From positions 60,899 to 124,898 of the IMG/VR virus record IMGVR_UViG_3300027985_000891: a stretch of 64,000 nt of DNA. One strand, given 5' to 3'. Below are positions 32,005 to 41,650 of this stretch, in pieces. The notes beneath the pieces are model-generated. The model was not told where the DNA came from. It searched no databases and saw only the letters and a program-made list of their open reading frames with translations. The position numbers and the translations under genes were made by a program. The stretch's first letter is position 1. Every line of letters starts with the position of its first letter. This DNA is from a virus.

Positions 32005-32796
32005 ATGGCAAACGATAAGCTTTATGGACTGTTAGCAGTCACTGATTCTTTAGCTGTTTCTTTTAAGAATATGCTTAAGGATTATATCAACTTTTTCAAA
32101 AATAATCAAGGAGCATTTACTGGAGAAAAGAAAACATATACTCCAGCCGGTGATGCTGTTGATGAACCTAAACACCGCGGTAACAGACTTGTTCAAACTA
32201 CTGTAGATGAAAAGTTTGAATGGTTTGTTGAAAATACGGAAAAGTACTTAAAAACACTGTTTGATCAAGAAGCTACCAATGCATCTGGCATGGCAGTAGC
32301 TGATCTAATTGTTGATGGTAAAGACTTTGGAACATACAGTTCCCTCGAATTACTGAGATTGAAAAGTATCCTGGAGAATGGAGATCTCTTAGCAATGTAC
32401 GGTTTAATACCGGTTCGCTCTGATGCAGAAGAATGGAACAAAACTGTTGAAGAAAATTACAAAGATAGGGCGATATATGAGAATCCAATGTTATCTTGGG
32501 ATAATAAAACTACTGAAAAGGAGAGTTACATTCTAACAGATCCTAACTTGGATAAAATAGGAGATAAAAACTATACTCCACAATTAGGAACTAAGAATAC
32601 AACACGCCTCCTGGGGCATGGTACCACTCAAAAATTTAGTGGTGAATGGTCTCAAAGACAACGAGCTACTGCACTGAAAAGAATTAAACTGTTTCACATA
32701 GGAGTAGTAGAAGCTTTGAAAAAAGCCAATGATGTAGAAATACGTAGCTCTGTATTTGATCCGAAAAAGTTCTTTGATTATATTAATCAAGGATAA
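32005..32796 (+). CDS. Uncharacterised protein, helical with a long beta-hairpin
   Basis: 263 aa; FTGEKKTYTP, VQTTVDEK, ELLRLK, FSGE and ALKKAN resemble a widespread uncharacterised family; followed by a structured RNA. Confidence 0.7.
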   Translation: MANDKLYGLLAVTDSLAVSFKNMLKDYINFFKNNQGAFTGEKKTYTPAGDAVDEPKHRGNRLVQTTVDEKFEWFVENTEKYLKTLFDQEATNASGMAVADLIVDGKDFGTYSSLELLRLKSILENGDLLAMYGLIPVRSDAEEWNKTVEENYKDRAIYENPMLSWDNKTTEKESYILTDPNLDKIGDKNYTPQLGTKNTTRLLGHGTTQKFSGEWSQRQRATALKRIKLFHIGVVEALKKANDVEIRSSVFDPKKFFDYINQG

Positions 32797-32799
32797 AGA

Positions 32800-33140
32800 T
32801 ACCTGTAGCTTAAGCTTTATACTTACAGTAAACACCGTTGTGCTAGACATTAAGCATTAGTGTTGAGGTATAGACTTAGGCTTATGTTGATTGGTTGGAA
32901 AGATCAGGTAGTATAATATTCCCCGTCGCGAGTTCGAGTCTCGTCCCGGCCTCGAAAGTTTAGGTGTCGTAAAAAACCGTATAACGGTCCCGGGTCTAGG
33001 ATCCGGGTTTTACGGTCGGGTAGTTTAACAGGTAAAACCGGAGGAATTAATATAGCATTAGCATAAAGCTATCTGAACATCGATTACAACACAAGCCCCT
33101 CGCACCCGAAGGATATTGATCTGCGAGGGGTTCTTTTTCT
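32800..33140 (+). ncRNA. Structured ncRNA with a circularly permuted tRNA-like domain (YrlA/Y-RNA-like)
   Basis: T-arm GCGAG-TTCGAGT-CTCGT (32928-32944) and 3' acceptor strand CCCGGCC (32945-32951) precede 5' acceptor strand GGTCGGG (33014-33020) and D-arm GTTT-AACAGGTA-AAAC; boundaries approximate. Confidence 0.7.
33095..33140 (+). terminator. Terminator closing the ncRNA
   Basis: GCCCCTCGCA...TGCGAGGGGT followed by TCTTTTTCT. Confidence 0.65.
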
Positions 33141-33158
33141 TACTTTAAATAACACGTT

Positions 33159-33617
33159 ATGTATCACTTTAATAATTTTTGTTATGGTATAGAAGTCAAT
33201 AAAAACAAGAAGTTACTATCATTACTGGAAGAATATGACGTAGAATATCAATGTATCGTTTATATTCCTGGTAAATGGTCAACAAATCCTAGAGAAAATG
33301 GTCCACTTACATTTGAAATATCTACATGGTATCATGGATCATGTGATCAGGATTATTATCCTGGCGTTTTTGGTTTTATCATCACAGATGATGATCATAA
33401 TCCTGAGTATGCTACTATTGTACGTGAAGCAAACGAGGAACGTTACAAAGAAGCTTTTAAATATGGCTTAGAAATGTTTCTTAAGTCTGAGAAAGAAGAC
33501 TTAGAACGATTAAAGGATACAAATGAATATAAAGACTTTGAGCGTCATATAAAAGAACTCGAAGAGATTATAATTGAAACGCAACCTTGTTTTCATATAG
33601 TAAGTGCAACATCATGA
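33159..33617 (+). CDS. Hypothetical protein
   Basis: 152-aa ORF. Confidence 0.55.
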   Translation: MYHFNNFCYGIEVNKNKKLLSLLEEYDVEYQCIVYIPGKWSTNPRENGPLTFEISTWYHGSCDQDYYPGVFGFIITDDDHNPEYATIVREANEERYKEAFKYGLEMFLKSEKEDLERLKDTNEYKDFERHIKELEEIIIETQPCFHIVSATS

Positions 33618-33899
33618 TACCATTTAAATGGCCTAAAATAAAGACTGGTGATAAGTTTACTAGAAGATCTAAATCGTTTAACTTGATTCGATCACATGTA
33701 AACATGAAGCGTTCCCTGGGAATATTTCAGGTAATACCAGATGAACAACGCATACAAGAAATGACAAAACAGTATAACGAAGTATCACATAAGAAGGTTG
33801 GATATCGACCGATGCGTGACGCGAACAAAGAGATTATTGGTTATGAAATCTATCCATTATGAGCATATTACAAGATTTAGGTTTAAAATAAGCTAGTTT

Positions 33900-34016
33900 G
33901 CGCAGGTGGTGGAATTGGCAGACACGTTGATTTTTGAGGAGTCAATATCCTTTTATTTAAGGCGTTCTGTTTTCTAGCGACACGAGCGTTTGCAGGTTCG
34001 AATCCTGCCCTGCGCA
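33900..34016 (+). tRNA. Atypical tRNA-Leu-like gene with ambiguous anticodon and 46-nt variable region
   Basis: Acceptor GCGCAGG/CCTGCGC with discriminator A, Leu-type D-arm GTGGAATTGGCAGACAC, T-arm GCAGG-TTCGAAT-CCTGC; no encoded CCA. Confidence 0.7.
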
Positions 34017-34097
34017 CGGAGATATATTAAACTAAAAAAAAAGGAGGTAAACTATGAAATAAGCAAGATAAAGGTTTATATAGTTATACTTAACTTA

Positions 34098-34121
34098 AAG
34101 GGGGCTTCGGTCCCTTTTTTT
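34098..34121 (+). terminator. Intrinsic terminator
   Basis: GGGGC-TTCG-GTCCC followed by a T-run. Confidence 0.75.
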
Positions 34122-34143
34122 ATTTAAACTAAACTCACTAGAG

Positions 34144-34527
34144 ATGGTGTTTCATAAAACAAATAAGGACTTCAAGAAAGCTCTTGAAGAATTTGCTTAT
34201 AAGTGTCAGGAAAGTGACAAAGAAAGTATTAAAAGTAAGGCCAATTACTTTTATCTAAAATGGAGACATATAATAAAGGATAAATCAGAAGATGGTTTTG
34301 AACTATACTGTTTAAGAAAACTTGTTAAGACTCTAAAGTCAGGTAAATATTGCAATATTCCTTTATCACAAATAGTCACTATAACACGTGCTGAACAGCT
34401 CAAAGATAAAGATTCTAAAAAGGCCGACTATGGTACTATGGCTCTACTTAAAAGTGGACAAGTCGTAAGGATTAAACCTACATTAGATGATCCTTCCTTT
34501 CGTGATGTAAACGAAGTTCTTTTTTAA
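34144..34527 (+). CDS. Hypothetical protein
   Basis: 127-aa ORF. Confidence 0.5.
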   Translation: MVFHKTNKDFKKALEEFAYKCQESDKESIKSKANYFYLKWRHIIKDKSEDGFELYCLRKLVKTLKSGKYCNIPLSQIVTITRAEQLKDKDSKKADYGTMALLKSGQVVRIKPTLDDPSFRDVNEVLF

Positions 34528-34537
34528 ACTATTTTAT

Positions 34538-34942
34538 ATGTCAAAAGAAAAAACATTAGGAGTAGCATTAGTTAAAGAAGCTTGCCCTTTATGTGGTAAA
34601 CTTCAAGATGGTCCCATTATTATGAATAAGATTCTTTCTGAAACAAGAGCCCAGGAGGTGGAGAATCTTCATGGAAAGACCATTGGTTACATGGAAAAAG
34701 CCTGTCAAGAATGTCAGGATCATATGAAACTTGGTATTAAGTTAGTAGTTATCGATGGCAAAAAGAGTGAACCAGGTAATGTCTGGCGTACCGGTCATCA
34801 ATATGTAGTTACGGAAGATTTTATCAATAAAGTTTTTGCGGATTCTGTACGTGAAGATATACTTAGTAAAAGAGCATCATTTATACCCATTGAAGTGGAA
34901 GAAGCTTTAAAATTAAATACTGCTTTATCTGAAGAAGAGTGA
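34538..34942 (+). CDS. Zn-finger protein
   Basis: CPLC and CQEC pairs. Confidence 0.6.
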   Translation: MSKEKTLGVALVKEACPLCGKLQDGPIIMNKILSETRAQEVENLHGKTIGYMEKACQECQDHMKLGIKLVVIDGKKSEPGNVWRTGHQYVVTEDFINKVFADSVREDILSKRASFIPIEVEEALKLNTALSEEE

Positions 34943-35346
34943 TATATTTGTATTATATCACATATGTTAACCTTTAAACTCAGACTATGTATAACAGATA
35001 TAAAGATACTTTAGTCATGAAGGAACTTAAACGTAAATTACGTGAAATCCGACACATGACTGATAATGGTGTACTTAAAATGGATGAGGTTAGTAAACTG
35101 TGTGATCAAATCATCGAACACAAATCCGTTTTAGAATGCATAAAAAGTTTACCACCTACTACAGCCGGCTACAATCCGTGGCACTCAGCTGTGAAACCCG
35201 GGAGCACATAAAAGCTTTCCGGAACTTGCAAAACTTGCACAACCAATATTTTTATCGTAACTGCTCACAGGACCCAAAGGTACATATTGAACATTCTTAT
35301 CAGAATGGTATCATAGAAGGTATTATTTTATCAAAAACAAAACATC

Positions 35347-35673
35347 ATGAAAAAGTATGTAACAGAATGCGGTCCAACTCCGATGCTGGAGTCACAATAC
35401 AATGTCAAGCGATGGAAGGAAGCTCAGTTATTGTTTCGGACCTTGAACAACCCAAAGATAAAGACCTTATTGGAGCTATTTTTGGAGAAAGGAGGTCCTA
35501 TAACCGTTACTGATATTTATATTAAACTTCGTTGGGAGCAATCAGTAGCTTCACAGTATTTGAGCATTATGAGAAAAGCAAGACTTGTTTTAACTGACCG
35601 ACAAGGTAAGTTTATTTACTATTCGATCAATACTGATCGGTTAGATGCAATTGATTCATTACTTAAAACATAA
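35347..35673 (+). CDS. ArsR/SmtB-family HTH regulator
   Basis: LNNP..., VTDIYIKLRWEQSVASQYLSIMRKARLV..RQGKFIYYSIN. Confidence 0.8.
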   Translation: MKKYVTECGPTPMLESQYNVKRWKEAQLLFRTLNNPKIKTLLELFLEKGGPITVTDIYIKLRWEQSVASQYLSIMRKARLVLTDRQGKFIYYSINTDRLDAIDSLLKT

Positions 35674-35676
35674 TAT

Positions 35677-36024
35677 ATGTCGAAAGTTAAGCCTATTAAG
35701 AAACTTGTCACCTTCCCTTCATATGTGTGGCAAGACGTTACAAGCTATGTGATGAAGAAATATCACTTAGTAGTACCGAAACACAACTTTGATATTTCAA
35801 AGTTTATTTACTCTACTAGTTTTGACTATAGAAAATTTGTAGTGCAGATTAGTGAAAAACAAGCTATGCTTCTATTCACATTAATCTGTAAGAAGCTGGG
35901 AGTAGCGTTTATACCTGATTCTCAAGGATGGAAGGTAGTTACTCTCGAAGAAACAGCAGATCAACTTCTTGAATATGCTAAACGTATTGTCGTAGATGCA
36001 GAAGAAGTTGAACAACATCAGTAA
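35677..36024 (+). CDS. Hypothetical protein
   Basis: 115-aa ORF. Confidence 0.5.
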   Translation: MSKVKPIKKLVTFPSYVWQDVTSYVMKKYHLVVPKHNFDISKFIYSTSFDYRKFVVQISEKQAMLLFTLICKKLGVAFIPDSQGWKVVTLEETADQLLEYAKRIVVDAEEVEQHQ

Positions 36025-36051
36025 TCATTAGTTAACTAAAACAAATAAGTT

Positions 36052-36612
36052 ATGTCTAAACAACCAAAATTGTCAGTTGCTACAGCTGACCTACCAGATG
36101 CAATTAAACAGTCTTTAGCTATCCCGGAAAATGCGATAGCTTCAAAAGTCGTAATAGGCTTAGTTGGAGACGAGTATACCTCCAGAGATGGAAGGCATAC
36201 TTTTGTACCTGTTACTCTGTTTCAGAACCGAAAAGATGTTACGGTCGGATCTCAAGTGGTTACCGATGCTAACAAGTTCTTCAGAGGATGGGATTACAAT
36301 ACTGTACTTCGATGTACTGAAAACGTGGACAAAAACATCTATGATAAGATGAAGTTCAAAGAGGGAGTTATTATTGAAGGTGCGAACCTGGCAGTTGATT
36401 ACTCTTTGACTCCATTTTATGATGATCAAGAAGGAGTTCTCAATCCTCGTACCGGTGAATATCTCCAATCAGGAGGTGAGCCAATCTACAGAAATGTACG
36501 GTTTGGATTCGGTGAGGTTGAGCATACCGGTTTAGATATCCCAAGAGATAGTTCTGAACTGGAAGAAGTGGCTGATTCTTATTCTCTCGAGAATGAAGAA
36601 GCAACCTTTTAA
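36052..36612 (+). CDS. Hypothetical protein, possibly OB-fold/SSB-like
   Basis: Beta-rich 186 aa with an acidic tail ending in F; terminator-like hairpin follows. Confidence 0.5.
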   Translation: MSKQPKLSVATADLPDAIKQSLAIPENAIASKVVIGLVGDEYTSRDGRHTFVPVTLFQNRKDVTVGSQVVTDANKFFRGWDYNTVLRCTENVDKNIYDKMKFKEGVIIEGANLAVDYSLTPFYDDQEGVLNPRTGEYLQSGGEPIYRNVRFGFGEVEHTGLDIPRDSSELEEVADSYSLENEEATF

Positions 36613-36959
36613 AGTTGAGCCAGTAGGAGGAGAATACTATGTGTTCTCCTCTTTTTATTATCTTGCTATAGTAGATATCATGGAAAAAGTAGTATCTAGA
36701 AGGATTTATACTGATTTAACCTGTTTTGTTCTTATTAGTAAACTTGTATTTCTCTTTCATGGAAGTGTACGCCGGAATATTTCAAGCATTTAGATATCGT
36801 GTAGTAGATTACTGGGTTTCAGACATTGTTGAGATAACTCCCTATAAAGAACAGTATTCAACATTAATGGGTATCATCCAAATACTGGAAGATATCTCAA
36901 TGGCCCTTACAAAAGACTCTAATGTAACTCCTGAGTTATTTGACTTTATATGATTAGCT

Positions 36960-37946
36960 TTGTTAAAAAAGCTGATGGAAAATTTATTTAGTGATGACCG
37001 AGCGGAAACTCCACCATATGTAGTGCTGGATGATGCTCCTATAATGCCATTCAGTCAGACGATTGACTGGGGTCTTCAACAAATGAGAATAACCGAGCTC
37101 CACTCCCTGGGGCTTACAGGACAGGGAATCAAAGTAGCTGTCTTGGATACTGGAGTAGATACAGATCATCCTGATCTAAAAATAACAGATGCTCTTGACT
37201 TTACCAGATCCGGAACTGTAGAAGATACAGTAGGTCATGGTACACATGTAGCCGGTATCATAGCAGCACAAGGAAATGAACAAGGAACTTTAGGAGTAGC
37301 ACCTGGTGTGAATATCTATTCTTATAAAGTATTAGCAGATGGTAGTGGTAATCTGGTGGATGTGGCCAATGCTATTAAGCATGCTGCAGATAATGGTATT
37401 GATGTTATCAATATGTCATTGGGATCACCTTCTAATGCTGCTTACTTGGAACAAGCATGTTCTTATGCTGCTTCAAAAGGAGTAATTATTGTTGTGAGTT
37501 CTGGAAATTCCGGAAAAGAGCAGAAGTTTTATCCTGCCAGTTACTCGGCATGTTATTCAACTGGAGCTTCAAATATACATAAAGCCATTAGTGGTTTCTC
37601 TTCATTTACTGACGCTCTTGAATGGGCTGCACCAGGTGAACGAATCCTTTCAACATACTTAAAAGGTGGCTATGCCGTTCTTTCAGGTACTTCTATGGCT
37701 GCTCCATTTGCTACCGGTTGTGTAGCTTTAATGAAACAAGCTGGTGTTAGGATGGAATACAATATACTAACCCAATCCACGGATGATATTCTTACCCCTG
37801 GGTTTGATAAGAAAAGTGGATATGGTATTATTAACCCTCATAAAGCCATTAGTGATTTAAAAAAACCCGAACAACCTAGCCCATCACTCAAAGACGAGTT
37901 ACTAAAGATGAAGGCGCTGCTAGATCACATCCTTGAGTTGGTCTAA
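36960..37946 (+). CDS. Subtilisin-like serine protease (S8)
   Basis: VAVLDTG, HGTHVAG and GTSMA catalytic triad motifs. Confidence 0.9.
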   Translation: MLKKLMENLFSDDRAETPPYVVLDDAPIMPFSQTIDWGLQQMRITELHSLGLTGQGIKVAVLDTGVDTDHPDLKITDALDFTRSGTVEDTVGHGTHVAGIIAAQGNEQGTLGVAPGVNIYSYKVLADGSGNLVDVANAIKHAADNGIDVINMSLGSPSNAAYLEQACSYAASKGVIIVVSSGNSGKEQKFYPASYSACYSTGASNIHKAISGFSSFTDALEWAAPGERILSTYLKGGYAVLSGTSMAAPFATGCVALMKQAGVRMEYNILTQSTDDILTPGFDKKSGYGIINPHKAISDLKKPEQPSPSLKDELLKMKALLDHILELV

Positions 37947-38474
37947 GCGTTGAGTTAGGATTTGTTTACTAAGTTCTTGAGAGAGGTCCCTATGGCCTCT
38001 CTTTTTATCTGAAGTGACATGATAACTAAAAGAATCACCCAAGATTTATCAATCATTGTAGCTCCACCCCTTAAGTTTACCGTATATACGAACCATTACT
38101 ACATGTATGTAGATATAGAAATTTTAGAGAAAGGCAGCAAAAATAACTATAAGTTTCTAAAATCAAGAAAACATGATATTACTCCCAGAGTATTTCGAAG
38201 ACCCATCATAACTATTGAACAAGTTGTTCAAGAAGAACTTCAAAAGCTTAAAGAATGACGTTAGAAGATATCAAACAAATCAAAAAGGAGATGGACGATG
38301 TCCGTCAACAAGTTTGGGAGACTAAAGTCAAACCAAGCATGATCAAGCGTATGAAGACGCTTAGAATTACTAAAATAGAGTATCGAATGGGCGTTCCTTT
38401 CTTTACTTTACAAGATGGTAACACGTATGCAGACGATGACTTTATTGCAATGACAGCACCGAAAAAAGAATTTT

Positions 38475-38768
38475 ATGACATCTACATTGATCCCTGGCAT
38501 GAATACGGATACCCGATCGACTATGATGTCGATCTTACAGAAAAATAACTTATCTCTCTTAGATATATCGATACTCTATAATATGGCGATGGGATATACA
38601 ACAGAGCAGATAGCTTCGATGTTACATTTATCTCCTGATGCTATTAAAAGTCGTAGAAAAATTTTGATGCGTCGTTTTCATGCGATTAATGCTCCTAATC
38701 TGATTTACAAAACTAGAGTACTTATTCTTGCTTATGAAATCTACCTCTTTAACCCTCCATCTAAATAG
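38475..38768 (+). CDS. LuxR-type HTH protein
   Basis: MAMGYTTEQIASMLHLSPDAIKSRRKILMRRF. Confidence 0.7.
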   Translation: MTSTLIPGMNTDTRSTMMSILQKNNLSLLDISILYNMAMGYTTEQIASMLHLSPDAIKSRRKILMRRFHAINAPNLIYKTRVLILAYEIYLFNPPSK

Positions 38769-38945
38769 ATCCTACTATTATGGATATTTTACCATTATGT
38801 GGCAAATACTAACTAAATCTAAAGGTGTTCATAGTAAACCTACTACAAATACTCATCGACTATTAAATTTACTTGTAAATATTGAGGCTTATGGTTTAAC
38901 AAGAGGCATGTCTTTTATTCTTAACAAATCATATAAACACTAAAC

Positions 38946-39584
38946 ATGAAGAACTTTATTAGATGGTTTAAAAACCTACTTGCGCCGGTTCTCTATACCA
39001 AATGGAAAATCAGCAAAACGATTTGGCCACATGATCCCGGCTATGGAACTGTTCGTAAAAACAGGCTTACAGGTAAAGGTGTTATATTAGATACCGGTCT
39101 TACTCGTATGAATGCTGAAGGTACAATAAGATTACTGAATAGACATCCAACTATTACAACCAATCAGTTGGAGGATATAGTGAATAAAAGAATAGCACAG
39201 TACAAGAAAAATGGGTATCATCTTGGTACTGGTTTAGAATACTATTTATCCAAAGCTCTTGAGCTGGATAACTTTGAACAAATGGCAGATATTACTCAAA
39301 TGACTCATATGCAACTTAGAGAGATCTTTGGTGATCCTCATTATAATCATGTACAAAAAGAAAGTCGTATACGATGGTATTTATGGTTTGTATACTATCA
39401 GAAAGCAGAATATATTATATGCTCTAGTAAGAAACGTACTGCTTTTTATATTTATGATAAACATAAGATTCATCCTCCACATGCTAAAGACTTCGTTAAA
39501 GAGTTACATTCATTATTAACAGTGATGAAAAAGCATTATGAGTTGTATGAAGACCCCAGGGGAAGGCTCCCCCGTAACTTCTAA
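38946..39584 (+). CDS. Hypothetical protein
   Basis: 212-aa ORF. Confidence 0.5.
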   Translation: MKNFIRWFKNLLAPVLYTKWKISKTIWPHDPGYGTVRKNRLTGKGVILDTGLTRMNAEGTIRLLNRHPTITTNQLEDIVNKRIAQYKKNGYHLGTGLEYYLSKALELDNFEQMADITQMTHMQLREIFGDPHYNHVQKESRIRWYLWFVYYQKAEYIICSSKKRTAFYIYDKHKIHPPHAKDFVKELHSLLTVMKKHYELYEDPRGRLPRNF

Positions 39585-39623
39585 AAAAAGAAGAGGGTCT
39601 GGAAGCTTTAGACCCTCTCTTTA
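39583..39623. terminator. Bidirectional terminator between convergent genes
   Basis: A-run, then AGAGGGTCT...AGACCCTCT, then T-rich tail. Confidence 0.65.
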
Positions 39624-39656
39624 GGCAAATTCCGTAGTATATGGAAAGAGTATTAG

Positions 39657-40337
39657 TTAAAGTTGACCAACTGCAATTACTCCAATTCGGAGTACGCCGT
39701 CAAAGTCTTTCTTAAATGGTTGTAAATATTCAGCCAATACTCCCAATCCCTTGCTGATAGGTACAATAGCTGTAAGCTCTAAAGCTGCAGTATTCTCTGT
39801 ATCAGCATCATGTATAAGCATTGCAGGAGCTACTGAAATAGTCGTTGGAAGTGAAGTTGCATCTTTAAATAGATGGACTTCTACTCCAGCTGACAATTTA
39901 AACTGAGTTTGTAGATCCAAAGAATCACTACCAGGTATAACTTTATATCCGGCACCACCATGGACAATTATCCTGCTTTTCTCCCCGGAAGAGGCGATAT
40001 AGTAAGGATAAATACCTCCGTTAACACCTGATTCATTGGAAAACAAGTCATTACTACCCAGTCCGATGGATCCGTAGATAGGAATAGCAAACCGGTCACT
40101 CTCTAAGAGCATGCCCGTAGCCTTACCTGCGAAAATAAAGTTATTTTCAAGACTACCATCCAAGTCCCGTACTGCAAAGCTTAGTTTAGCTCCTACCTGC
40201 CATGGATTGGCAGCACTAGGACCAAATGGCTCTGCATTGTTTAATGGTCGTATCGCTCGTATTTGAGTCGGTGACTGACCAAAAACCGTTAAACTAATTA
40301 TGCTCAGTAGAGCAATCAATAAGTGTTTCATTAGCAA
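39657..40337 (-). CDS. Exported, probable outer-membrane beta-barrel protein
   Basis: Signal peptide MKHLLIALLSIISLTVFG followed by alternating amphipathic strands. Confidence 0.55.
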   Translation of the reverse strand: MLMKHLLIALLSIISLTVFGQSPTQIRAIRPLNNAEPFGPSAANPWQVGAKLSFAVRDLDGSLENNFIFAGKATGMLLESDRFAIPIYGSIGLGSNDLFSNESGVNGGIYPYYIASSGEKSRIIVHGGAGYKVIPGSDSLDLQTQFKLSAGVEVHLFKDATSLPTTISVAPAMLIHDADTENTAALELTAIVPISKGLGVLAEYLQPFKKDFDGVLRIGVIAVGQL

Positions 40338-40342
40338 TAATT

Positions 40343-40672
40343 TTAGTTGACTTCTTCAATCTCAACTGTATCATCAGAAGCTTCAGCCTCTACTTTTTCT
40401 ATAGATCTGATAACTCCTGGTGTATGTACTGTAATCGCTTTCTCCTTGCTATCGGCTTCTATTAAGTCAGTTAATGCTTTTATCTGACCATATATTTGTG
40501 CTTCCTCTTGTTCTTTTTGTCTTATAAATGACTGAATCTGAGCCATTTGCTGTCGATACTGATTGAGTTGATTTCTCACAAGTTGAAGTGTACCTTCATA
40601 CCCTTTAAGATGTGATTTTACTGTTTCTGATAATGATGACATGATATTGAAGATTTCTATAAAAAAGTGCAA
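40343..40672 (-). CDS. Coiled-coil hypothetical protein
   Basis: Q/E-rich heptad region. Confidence 0.5.
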   Translation of the reverse strand: MHFFIEIFNIMSSLSETVKSHLKGYEGTLQLVRNQLNQYRQQMAQIQSFIRQKEQEEAQIYGQIKALTDLIEADSKEKAITVHTPGVIRSIEKVEAEASDDTVEIEEVN

Positions 40673-40731
40673 TGTAGTACTTTTATCTCTAAACTTTTTA
40701 TAGTTAGATTATTAACCTTTAAACATAAAAC

Positions 40732-41244
40732 ATGAAGCTAAAAGATATTCAAGTAGGCGATCAATTTATGGTAGCTACTCCTTTTATGGAAAAGAAAGTA
40801 CATTTAGTATGTATATCTATTAATGAATGCCCGAAGTATCCATTCACTTCAGACGAAGATGATCCTAAACATCGACGAAGATCTTTAGGTCAAGGAGAAG
40901 GACAAGTACAATTTGTAAGTGCTGAATCAGAAGGATGTACTGGTAACGAAACAATACCTGATCTCATGTTTGCAGAAGTAGAACCCAATATGGGACTTAC
41001 ATTAAGTATTCGAGAGGAAGAACAACTGAAGTCTTATGGCTTTGAACAAATAAGCGAAGATGATGAACATTTTGATCAAGATACTAAGGAACAGGCTATT
41101 CAGTACTTTGAAACTATGAAGAACTTCTTTCAAGACAAGCAAGAAGACATATTTGAAGATGCTGAAGTGCAAGATCTCATTGAACAAATAAAAGCTACTC
41201 AAGGACCCGGTGACTCTTTTATGATTCTTGGTGATAAAATATAG
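40732..41244 (+). CDS. Acidic hypothetical protein
   Basis: 170-aa ORF. Confidence 0.55.
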   Translation: MKLKDIQVGDQFMVATPFMEKKVHLVCISINECPKYPFTSDEDDPKHRRRSLGQGEGQVQFVSAESEGCTGNETIPDLMFAEVEPNMGLTLSIREEEQLKSYGFEQISEDDEHFDQDTKEQAIQYFETMKNFFQDKQEDIFEDAEVQDLIEQIKATQGPGDSFMILGDKI

Positions 41245-41312
41245 GGAGTTAGTAATGGCTACAGAGGGGGCAGTAATTGCCCTCTACTGTAGCATATTTG
41301 GCAGAACATTTA

Positions 41313-41528
41313 CTATTGACTTGATGATGCTGGTGGTCCAGAGCTCGAAGGTGGTGGCGTACTACTCGATGCAGGTGCGCTACTCGAAGGAGGAGCACTG
41401 CTTGACGGCGCCATACTACTCGAAGGCTCAACAGGACTTACTACCAGGGGATAGATACAGTTCAGTGTATTCTGTATCTGACGAAGTTGGGCGAAAAGAT
41501 TATTCTTTTCTTGCTGTGTAAAACTCAT
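41313..41528 (-). CDS. Small protein with tandem PSSS repeats
   Basis: PSSSMAPSSSAPPSSSAPASSSTPPPSSSGPPASSS, encoded by roughly 18-nt degenerate repeats. Confidence 0.55.
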   Translation of the reverse strand: MSFTQQEKNNLFAQLRQIQNTLNCIYPLVVSPVEPSSSMAPSSSAPPSSSAPASSSTPPPSSSGPPASSSQ

Positions 41529-41650
41529 AAACCTTTAGTTTAGACACTCCTGATGGAGGATATATGTTTGTAAATTTATATGCAAAAGTTTATCTTCGAG
41601 GCTAGTTACATATTATGGTAGGTAAAATGTATTAACCACTATAGCCAATT

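Noticed and set aside
32918-33047. Two-piece permuted tmRNA
   Set aside because: It has a paired D-stem and U3-G70 rather than G3-U70, and no tag reading frame is evident; a YrlA-like topology fits better.
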